Positions 38,522 through 46,547 of a DNA stretch of 64,000 bases are shown in pieces (position 1 is the stretch's first letter; every line of letters starts with the position of its first letter). The stretch comes from a virus. The stretch spans positions 1 through 64,000 of the IMG/VR virus record IMGVR_UViG_3300017784_007549; one strand, 5' to 3'. The notes beneath the pieces are model-generated. The model did not search any database. It was not told the origin of the DNA and worked only from the letters and a program-made list of their open reading frames with translations. The position numbers and the translations under genes are program-made.

Positions 38522-39300
38522 TAACTAATAGAACATATGGAATGGATGCTGATGTTATAACTTATAACGCAAGAATAGTAGCTGGCGGCAACCAAAGTCT
38601 AAGCATGCAAAGCTTAAGACAATTAAATCAATTTGTAATTTCAATTAAAAAAATGAAACTTTGGCATAATATGGTATGCTGGCCATTAAGAGCCAATCAA
38701 AACGCTGGAACTGGAACTACTGCGTACAGTTTGGGTGGGTTGGGGACTTACAATGGGACGCTAACAAATGGCCCAACTTGGGAGACCAATGGAGTTTTTT
38801 TTAATCGTCTAGCAGCTACACATATATCTGCAACTCGACCAATTGGGACTGCGGCATCCTCGGCTTACTCAATTTTTAGTGTTCACGTTAATTTTGTGGA
38901 AGATTCAGAATATCGAGCATTATGGATTGGCAGGGATGCAAGCAACGACAGAATGTTTTTTCGCACAATAGGTGACGCATTTTCGGCGAGTAACAACGGG
39001 CCGGCCGCACCTTCAGGTGTTGATGGTAATCATAGCACAGTTTTGGTGTCGGGAGCGGGCGATACACCAAAGAATATTTTAGCCTACAAGGACGGGGCTA
39101 TTTCTGGAACTGTAAGCGGAAATGTAACTGGAACAAATACTATCTATCTTATTGGTGGAGACGGTACTCTTAGCACACGCTCTTTTGGTTTTCCAATCGC
39201 ATTTAATGGTGCATTTAATCTTGCTCTTTCCGCGGTTGACGTTTTGCAAATTCACACCCTCTATAAAACTACCCTTGGCCAAGATTTAGGTTTACCATAA
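38518..39300 (+). CDS. LamG/ConA-like lectin paralog 5 with a GC-rich core
   Basis: Shared termini; LYKTTLGQDLGLP end. Confidence 0.7.
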   Translation: MITNRTYGMDADVITYNARIVAGGNQSLSMQSLRQLNQFVISIKKMKLWHNMVCWPLRANQNAGTGTTAYSLGGLGTYNGTLTNGPTWETNGVFFNRLAATHISATRPIGTAASSAYSIFSVHVNFVEDSEYRALWIGRDASNDRMFFRTIGDAFSASNNGPAAPSGVDGNHSTVLVSGAGDTPKNILAYKDGAISGTVSGNVTGTNTIYLIGGDGTLSTRSFGFPIAFNGAFNLALSAVDVLQIHTLYKTTLGQDLGLP

Positions 39301-39325
39301 TAAAAAAGTGTAATAAAAAATATAT

Positions 39326-39643
39326 ATGATATCAAACAATCCAGTCTCCACAGTTATCGCTAATACATTTGGTCTTCAAGGATCAACAGTAATATCTAGT
39401 AATTTTAGTGGACTTTCTCCTGCTACTCTTGTTTCAGGTCTATTAAATAGAGAAGTTTTAACAGTATTTAATGAAGGCGCTGGAAATTTGCATATTTCAG
39501 CTGGAGGAACATGTACCACAGGGATTTATCAAGTGCGCTTATCTGCAGGAGATTACTGGGAATGTCCAGAGAATCAAACTACTCTTATTCATACAGCCGT
39601 ATTTGCAACAACTGGTACTGCTAGGGTAACTCAAGTCAACTAG
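39326..39643 (+). CDS. Small beta-rich virion protein
   Basis: GTGTAA at 39308; resembles the C-terminal domain of 34401-35264. Confidence 0.65.
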   Translation: MISNNPVSTVIANTFGLQGSTVISSNFSGLSPATLVSGLLNREVLTVFNEGAGNLHISAGGTCTTGIYQVRLSAGDYWECPENQTTLIHTAVFATTGTARVTQVN

Positions 39644-39652
39644 GAGTAAATA

Positions 39653-40330
39653 ATGCCTCTTACAAAAGCTACACTTTCAGTTCCTCCTCTTAATGCATCA
39701 ACAACATTTAGAAGATTCGCTGCGGTTTCTGGAGTTACAACACAACTTATTTATTATTATACATTATTCGCGCCACCAGCTTCAAATTCTGGTTTAATTA
39801 TGCCAAACTGGATAAGTACAGAAATCGGGGGAACTTGGACTGGTAATATTAGTATAGATGTGCTCATGACTGCTTCGGCTGGAGCTGGAGCTACAGTAAA
39901 AATGAGAGGCAACCAAGGGGTAACCACAACTGGCGGAGGAATTACCGCTAGTAATGGTCCTTATTTTATAGCTTGGTCTGGTGGAATAACGCTAGCCCAA
40001 GACGATGTAATTGTCGGCAATGTTACTGGGGCGAGTGGGAAAGTTTTCAAAAGTGGCGCTGGTCTTACTGATACTTGGCTATACGATTTATCTGGAAACT
40101 TATTCTCGACAGCAGATACTAATTTTACAGTAAATGGGGTTTCTTCTGGAGCAGCTATTACTAATACTGCCTTTGGCGCAAGTCCAGCGGTAGGAATTTA
40201 TTTTACACCAGCTCCAGCTAATCTTGCTGACAAGAACGCTGGTTTTTATTCGCCATTTATTTTCAATAAAGGTAGAACAATGGACGCAACCTCAATTGTT
40301 CAATTCTCCTATTCTGGATTTGCAGTTTAA
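39653..40330 (+). CDS. Gly/Thr/Ala-rich virion protein
   Basis: 225-aa ORF with AGGAG SD. Confidence 0.65.
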   Translation: MPLTKATLSVPPLNASTTFRRFAAVSGVTTQLIYYYTLFAPPASNSGLIMPNWISTEIGGTWTGNISIDVLMTASAGAGATVKMRGNQGVTTTGGGITASNGPYFIAWSGGITLAQDDVIVGNVTGASGKVFKSGAGLTDTWLYDLSGNLFSTADTNFTVNGVSSGAAITNTAFGASPAVGIYFTPAPANLADKNAGFYSPFIFNKGRTMDATSIVQFSYSGFAV

Positions 40331-40445
40331 TTGAGTTAATATTTTAATAATTATATATTTATTCTAACACAGTTACTCTTATTTTCTACTATTATTGGTT
40401 AATATATTTTTTAATTTAATATTTATATAGTGTAATATCTATTAT

Positions 40446-41087
40446 ATGACCAATAAAATTGTAGATATATCAGATGAAATTTATCGCGAATTAGGCGAGC
40501 CAAGTGATATTAGCATCCCTAGCATAGCTTTTTGGCTAAGAACGAATTTGGGCAAATTAAACATTTTAATTAATAAAAGATACACCATAAATACTCTAGA
40601 CCTAGAAGTAGATGCTATCAGTCCAGAAACATTCACAATAATAGAAAAATCAATCCTTAAGAAAATGTATAATATACATTATTATGATAGACAGATTATT
40701 AAATTAATAGGAAAATCTAGTGCTTTAAATTTAATCAATCAAGATACTTCTTCTAGTGGAGAAAACGCTACAACTGGGTCAGCTAACTCTGATAGTCTAG
40801 AAATTTCAGAAAATGGATTCTCATATAAGAAAACTAATAGCGAAAGCACAAGTCAAATTTATAAAAGAGCAACAGATGCTATTAAAGCAAATACTCAATT
40901 TGTAAGGCAGTTAGGTTTAAATTTTGTTGAACTTAAAAAGCAAGAAGTTTCAGAATTAAAAATGTTAACTCAAAGTTATAATTTAAATGAAGTTAGTCCA
41001 TTGCAAATTGCTGGAGACGATACTATTGTAGCTAATGATAGACCTTATACTTATAATTCATTTGTAAGAAATATAGAAAATTTATAA
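40446..41087 (+). CDS. Putative head-tail adaptor/neck protein
   Basis: First gene of the neck-tail block; GTGTAA at 40430. Confidence 0.5.
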   Translation: MTNKIVDISDEIYRELGEPSDISIPSIAFWLRTNLGKLNILINKRYTINTLDLEVDAISPETFTIIEKSILKKMYNIHYYDRQIIKLIGKSSALNLINQDTSSSGENATTGSANSDSLEISENGFSYKKTNSESTSQIYKRATDAIKANTQFVRQLGLNFVELKKQEVSELKMLTQSYNLNEVSPLQIAGDDTIVANDRPYTYNSFVRNIENL

Positions 41088-41091
41088 AACT

Positions 41092-41535
41092 ATGGCATCT
41101 TTAATAAGTGCAGCAGAAATTAATAATTATCATAACGCCATAAATGATCATTTTGACACATTTAAAAGACAAATTACAGTTCATAAAGAACCCATAAAAA
41201 ATATAACTCAAAAGACTACAAATCAATTGCTAGGTTATCAAGAAGATTCTAATATTGTAGATTATACATATATTCCTCGTAATGAATCTTTTGATGCCAT
41301 TATAAGTTACGATGTTAAAGCAGAAAATTTACTGTTAGATAACGAATTGAAATTAAAATTTCCAAATCAATTAGTAGAAATAAAAGTTAAACAATTAGCA
41401 AGAGACTATATCAATAATGATGCAACAGAAAAAATAACATTTGATAATAAAAATTTTAATCTTGTAAGCTCAGATGTTATCAAAAATTATCAAGGACTTG
41501 TGTATTACGCATTTTATTTAAAGGAAACAAGATAA
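41092..41535 (+). CDS. Putative head-closure protein
   Basis: Size, beta-rich composition and position. Confidence 0.45.
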   Translation: MASLISAAEINNYHNAINDHFDTFKRQITVHKEPIKNITQKTTNQLLGYQEDSNIVDYTYIPRNESFDAIISYDVKAENLLLDNELKLKFPNQLVEIKVKQLARDYINNDATEKITFDNKNFNLVSSDVIKNYQGLVYYAFYLKETR

Positions 41536-42092
41536 TGGGCAAAGTAAATTTTAATGTTAAAAATGCCATAGAAGAAATTGAAGCATTTCAAGAAAAAGTA
41601 GAAGAAGTTGCCTATGAAAAATATCAAGATGGCAAAGAAAAGTTTTTAGATGATTTTGAAAATCATCCAGTCACTCAAGAAATAGAAGCTGGAGGAGGGG
41701 CATCAAATTCTTCAAATACTTTAAATGGAGTTGGCAATTTATTTAGTTATATTGGTTTTTATCAAAATCAAAATCCAATATCAGATCTTAAAAAAATATT
41801 AAATGAAAATTTTAGTTTCAAAAAAAAGGGTAAAAATGTATTTGTAATAAAATACCCAGATTTAGAAAAAATTAAATCTCAAACTCCTATGCCTTGGGAA
41901 GGCGGAAGAAGCTGGGTTATTGGAATAGAAAGAGGTATATCTGGTTTTGGATATTATTTGTATAAAAAATTCAACGAAGGCAGATCAAAAGAAGGTATTC
42001 AAACTCAAAATAAAGTTAGAAGCTCTTCTTTTAAAAAAGTAAGATATATGTCAGAAATTATAAACAATTTTGTAAAGAATATAAATAAATGA
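41535..42092 (+). CDS. Putative tail completion/neck protein
   Basis: Position; TAATG coupling. Confidence 0.45.
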   Translation: MGKVNFNVKNAIEEIEAFQEKVEEVAYEKYQDGKEKFLDDFENHPVTQEIEAGGGASNSSNTLNGVGNLFSYIGFYQNQNPISDLKKILNENFSFKKKGKNVFVIKYPDLEKIKSQTPMPWEGGRSWVIGIERGISGFGYYLYKKFNEGRSKEGIQTQNKVRSSSFKKVRYMSEIINNFVKNINK

Positions 42093-42928
42093 AAGCGCAA
42101 TTAGATAATGTTTTAATGTCTAGTATGATAATGTGGATGGATAATACTATACTTAAAAGAGGCGAAGCTTTTCAAAATTACAATAGTCAATTTTATCCTA
42201 TTACAAATATTTATAATGGATTTTATAGTTATGGATTACCATTTAAACAAGTAGTTAATGATAGCTCTATTAGTGGTGCTAATTTATTATCTGGAGTTTA
42301 TGTTAATAATTCATTTATTACAATTGGCCAAAGTGGATTAACTGGGATTAGTCCTTATCAAGGTCAAGCATATTTTACTGAAAGTCAAGCTGGCAAAACA
42401 ATTAGTGGTACTTATGCTGTAAAAGATTTTAATATATATTTAACAAATCAATCAGAAGAAGAACTATTATTTGAAACAGAATATAGGACTAAACCAAAAA
42501 CTACTCAAAATCCAACAGGACTAGCTATTGAAGCTATAACTTATCCTTGCATATTCCTTAAAAATAACGGCGGTACTAATGAACCATTTGCCTTTGGAGG
42601 CCAAGATCAGACTATGATGGAAGTTAGGGCTGTAGTTTTAGCTGATAATATGTTTAATTTAGATGCTGTTTGTAGTCTGTTAAAAGATACAGCTAGAAAA
42701 TATGTACCATTAATTAATAATAGCCCATTTAATACTTTTGGAGCATTAAATAGCGGATATTATAACTATAATAGTTTAACAGCAGGAATTGATGTATCTA
42801 ATGACGCTTTTTATATCACAGAAGTTAATATTAGCAAAATATTTGCTAATTTAAATACAAAAAATACCCAAGTATTTCCAGCCTTTGTAGACTTTACTTT
42901 AAGTAATATACGCTATCCAAGGTGTTAA
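42089..42928 (+). CDS. Putative tail terminator protein
   Basis: YPCIFLK...EPFAFGG pattern; directly before the tail tube gene. Confidence 0.5.
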   Translation: MKAQLDNVLMSSMIMWMDNTILKRGEAFQNYNSQFYPITNIYNGFYSYGLPFKQVVNDSSISGANLLSGVYVNNSFITIGQSGLTGISPYQGQAYFTESQAGKTISGTYAVKDFNIYLTNQSEEELLFETEYRTKPKTTQNPTGLAIEAITYPCIFLKNNGGTNEPFAFGGQDQTMMEVRAVVLADNMFNLDAVCSLLKDTARKYVPLINNSPFNTFGALNSGYYNYNSLTAGIDVSNDAFYITEVNISKIFANLNTKNTQVFPAFVDFTLSNIRYPRC

Positions 42929-42994
42929 AAACAACTTCTCTTGATATGAGATTAACTGTAATAAAAGACAAGACTTCAAAGGAGAAATAAAAAT

Positions 42995-44077
42995 ATGCCA
43001 AGAAAAAGAGTAATTTATCAAAGTGAAGCGCTTTTCGTAGGAGCTACAGGAGCCGCAACACCAACACAACTTCACAGAGTTCAAAACGCAAATTATGGTT
43101 TCGATATCACAAGAACAGACGTTAATCAATACGGACAATTAGCCGCAATTGATCGCGTTATCGTTGAACAACCAACAGTAAGTTTAGATTTTAGTTATTA
43201 TGCTAGTTCTGGTCAGAATGAACAAGCTTTGGGTTTCTTTTTAGGAACTACAAAAGGTGCTTTGGCTGATATCCTTTCTGGTGGAAGAGATATTAATAAT
43301 TATTATATTTATGTTTCTCCAGAAGGCTCAGATGCAAATATTGATACAAGTGCAACAGGCTTAAATGGATCTCAAGGTCGAGTAATTGGTATTGGTAATG
43401 GTGGTTTAACATCTTATTCAATCGAAGCTGCAGTTGGAGGTTTCCCAACTGTATCAGTTGCCGCCGAAGGATTGAATATGAAATTCTATGGAGCAACAAC
43501 AGGTTTTACACCTGATGTAAACCCTACTGATGGTTCTGCAAATAGCGCAAGCACATTCGCAATTCCATTGCCGAACACAGGAGTTGGATACACTGCACTT
43601 CGCCCCGGAGATATCTTGTTAAATATTTCTGGTCTTGGCGTAAATGCAAGTGATTTAAAAATTCAAAACTTCTCACTATCAACTGATATTGGTCGTGATT
43701 CAATTCAAAAATTGGGAAGCAAGTTTGCTTTCTCAAGAGAAATTACATTCCCAGTTGTAGTCTCAGCTAGTGTAGAAGCTATTATCGGTGATATCGGTGG
43801 AACTGATAATATTGGTAATGCTTTAACAGACCTTAGTTGTAACGACGGAAGTAGCTACAATCTAACATTTAACCTTGGTGCTCCAAGTAATAATTGTGAT
43901 ACTAGCTATACTCCATATGCATTACAATATACCTTAAAAGGTGCTAAATTAGATTCACAATCATTTAGCTCTGCAATCGGTGATAATAAATCCGTAACAT
44001 TGGGTTTCAGTGCTCAAATCGGTGGACCTAGTGATCTAAATAAAGGATTATTTATTGCTAATAACTTGGCAAGTTAA
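42995..44077 (+). CDS. Major tail (tube) protein
   Basis: 360 aa, Ser/Gly/Thr-rich; GGAG SD; followed by a strong terminator; upstream of chaperones and TMP. Confidence 0.7.
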   Translation: MPRKRVIYQSEALFVGATGAATPTQLHRVQNANYGFDITRTDVNQYGQLAAIDRVIVEQPTVSLDFSYYASSGQNEQALGFFLGTTKGALADILSGGRDINNYYIYVSPEGSDANIDTSATGLNGSQGRVIGIGNGGLTSYSIEAAVGGFPTVSVAAEGLNMKFYGATTGFTPDVNPTDGSANSASTFAIPLPNTGVGYTALRPGDILLNISGLGVNASDLKIQNFSLSTDIGRDSIQKLGSKFAFSREITFPVVVSASVEAIIGDIGGTDNIGNALTDLSCNDGSSYNLTFNLGAPSNNCDTSYTPYALQYTLKGAKLDSQSFSSAIGDNKSVTLGFSAQIGGPSDLNKGLFIANNLAS

Positions 44078-44105
44078 TATCTTAAAATAAAATTTAAATA
44101 TTACT

Positions 44106-44130
44106 AAGACCCCGCGAAAGCGGGGTTTTT
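44106..44130 (+). terminator. Rho-independent terminator
   Basis: aagaccccgc-gaaa-gcggggttttt. Confidence 0.9.
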
Positions 44131-44172
44131 AGTGTAAAGATAGATAAGGCACAAGGAAAAGATTAAAGGCTT

Positions 44173-44460
44173 ATGGAAACAGATCCTAAACTTAAGGAAT
44201 TTCTATTATTTCAAGTACATAGAAATATTACCTCTCTTTATAAGAGATATCTTAATTTAATAGAAGATATCCAAGAAGAGCATATTAATATGCTTAATAA
44301 ATTGAATAGTAAAATAGACCAAGAGACATTAAAAAATGTTGATTATTTTGATGATAATAAGTATAATTATTTAAGGAAAAAAATATTAGATTTAGGAAAT
44401 GAAACATCAAGAGATATAATCAAAAATTTTGAACTTTTAAGTATAGAAATAAAAAAATGA
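44173..44460 (+). CDS. Hypothetical protein
   Basis: 95-aa ORF; GTGTAA at 44132. Confidence 0.7.
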   Translation: METDPKLKEFLLFQVHRNITSLYKRYLNLIEDIQEEHINMLNKLNSKIDQETLKNVDYFDDNKYNYLRKKILDLGNETSRDIIKNFELLSIEIKK

Positions 44461-44714
44461 AAACTAAATTAGTATTTAATTATCCTATTGAGGAAACTTT
44501 ATCAGCCGTATTGTCTATGCAAACTATACAAAGGACTCTTGAGAAAGAGTTTAAGATTAAATATTTTAATTTTGAATCTTTTATCAAAAGCAAGTCGTTG
44601 CAATATATAAAGACTTGGGATTTAGAAAAGCAAAATAAATTTATTAGGACAATTGGTGGAGTTAAGAACTTTAATAAAACTAAAGACTTTTTGAAATCTA
44701 AGAGTTTGCTATAA
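44457..44714 (+). CDS. Hypothetical basic protein
   Basis: 85-aa ORF with ATGA overlap. Confidence 0.6.
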   Translation: MKTKLVFNYPIEETLSAVLSMQTIQRTLEKEFKIKYFNFESFIKSKSLQYIKTWDLEKQNKFIRTIGGVKNFNKTKDFLKSKSLL

Positions 44715-44723
44715 GGAGAAAAA

Positions 44724-45512
44724 ATGAAATGGCTACATGAATTTGCAGTAAATGACGAAAAAGAAGTCGAACAAATTGAAAGTTCAATTGACGTTCAAGG
44801 TAATGAAGTCAAGACCACCAAAAAAGTTAAAAAAATTGTTCAACTTAAATTTAAGATACGAAAACCAACAAGAAAATTATTCGATGAAGCAGAGTTATTT
44901 TATGGTATCAAATTATCAGAAGGAATTAAAGCTGGTCTATTGACAAAAGCTCTTCTTGCTAAAAGATATCAAAATGATGGTGGAGCTATGAGTGAACCAG
45001 AAAAAGACAAGTATACTCAACTTTATGTTGACCTTTATTCTAAAGAAGCAGAGTTCCAAAAAGTATCACTTAATTTAGAGAATGTTTCCCCAGAAGATAA
45101 AGCCTCAAAGGTCGCTAGTTTATTGGGTGAACTTATTGAAATCCGTAATCAACTACAAACTTTAGAATTCTCTCAAATAGCATTATTTGATCAAACCGCA
45201 GAGAATAGAGCAAGAAATCAATGCATTATGTGGTGGGTTTTGAATCTTGGTTACATTGAAGATCAAGAAATAAATGATTTTTCTCCAGTGTTTAAGGGCA
45301 AAACATTTGAAGAAAAACTTGATCATTATGATTCTTTAGAAGAGTCTGGTGGTTTATTTTGGAATGAAGTATTTAAAAAATTAGCTTATTTTATAAGTTT
45401 CTGGTATATGGGTAAAATATCTTCTCAAGAAGACTTTCTTAAAGCAGAGCAATTTTATATACCAACTCAAAAAGAACTAGAAGAAGACGCAAAAGTAAGT
45501 GACGCTAAATAA
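44724..45512 (+). CDS. Putative tail assembly chaperone
   Basis: Between tube and TMP genes; AGGAG SD; helical and acidic. Confidence 0.5.
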   Translation: MKWLHEFAVNDEKEVEQIESSIDVQGNEVKTTKKVKKIVQLKFKIRKPTRKLFDEAELFYGIKLSEGIKAGLLTKALLAKRYQNDGGAMSEPEKDKYTQLYVDLYSKEAEFQKVSLNLENVSPEDKASKVASLLGELIEIRNQLQTLEFSQIALFDQTAENRARNQCIMWWVLNLGYIEDQEINDFSPVFKGKTFEEKLDHYDSLEESGGLFWNEVFKKLAYFISFWYMGKISSQEDFLKAEQFYIPTQKELEEDAKVSDAK

Positions 45513-46500
45513 TGAATATAGATTTTTAAGAAAATTATATAAAGATATTCTTTTAGGATATTCTTATGTAGCTTCTGAAAAAATTTATATCAAACATCCA
45601 TATGAAGTGGATCTTGGATCAATAGAAGATCTTTACATTCAACATTTTAATGAAGCTAAAATTCGTGGGCTTGCAGACGAAAAAGATAAAATAAAAGAAT
45701 TATGCGAAGCTGAATTGTGGACTGAAGAAAAAGAAAAAAAGATAGTTTCGAATAAAAAAGAAATTTCCAACTTAAGAGATACAATTAGAAAACTTTTCAT
45801 TAAAAGTCAAGTTAATTCAGTAAATAATAAAATTAAAAGCATAGAACAAGAATGCCAAACTATAGAAAAAGAAAGAGAAGAACTTATTGGTATAACAGCT
45901 GAAAAATACGCTAATAAAAGATCAAATGAAATGATTATCTATAGATCAATATTTAAAGATGAAAATTTAAAAGAAAATCTATTCACAGAAGAAACTTTTG
46001 ATGAGCTTGATAGTAATGAACTTAAAAAATATATCATGATATATAACACAATCACAGAATACTTTAACCAAAAGAACATTAAGAAAATAGCTGCATTACC
46101 ATTCTTTTTAAATACAATATTCTTAACAGAAGATAATATATATACGTTCTATGGTAAACCTATAGTAAGTTTGTCTACATTTCAATTAGATTTATTTTCT
46201 AATGCTAGAATTTATAAAAATATATTATCAAAAGGTGTTGCTCCGCTTGAAGAATACTATCAGAATCTTGATGATCTTATTAATTGGTATGAACTTAATA
46301 AGAACATAGGTAGTGCTTCAGAAGTTAAGCATAGAACTAAAAATACAGATGGCGCAACCTACATTGGCGCTTCTAGAGACGAAATTAAGACAATTAATCA
46401 ATTTGATAGTAAAGATGAAATAGTAGATATATCAAAAGAAGCAGAAAAACAAGGTGGTGAACTTAGCATGCAAGATATAATAAAATTACATGGATTATAA
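45499..46500 (+). CDS. Putative tail assembly chaperone II/hypothetical protein
   Basis: 333-aa ORF directly upstream of the TMP gene. Confidence 0.5.
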   Translation: MTLNNEYRFLRKLYKDILLGYSYVASEKIYIKHPYEVDLGSIEDLYIQHFNEAKIRGLADEKDKIKELCEAELWTEEKEKKIVSNKKEISNLRDTIRKLFIKSQVNSVNNKIKSIEQECQTIEKEREELIGITAEKYANKRSNEMIIYRSIFKDENLKENLFTEETFDELDSNELKKYIMIYNTITEYFNQKNIKKIAALPFFLNTIFLTEDNIYTFYGKPIVSLSTFQLDLFSNARIYKNILSKGVAPLEEYYQNLDDLINWYELNKNIGSASEVKHRTKNTDGATYIGASRDEIKTINQFDSKDEIVDISKEAEKQGGELSMQDIIKLHGL

Positions 46501-46547
46501 CTATAATAACTATAATAATTAAAAATATCGTGTAATATTATTATAGT

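Noticed and set aside
35264-39300. Shufflon or invertible cassette
   Set aside because: All copies are full-length genes in the same orientation, with no inverted recombination sites or recombinase seen.
45470-45512. Programmed -1 frameshift between the tail chaperone genes
   Set aside because: The second ORF is in the +1 frame with a TAA immediately before its GTG (45496-45498), and I saw no XXXYYYZ slippery site in the overlap.
46496-46520. Short ataactata tandem repeat before the TMP gene
   Set aside because: Only two copies in very AT-rich DNA; plausible by chance.
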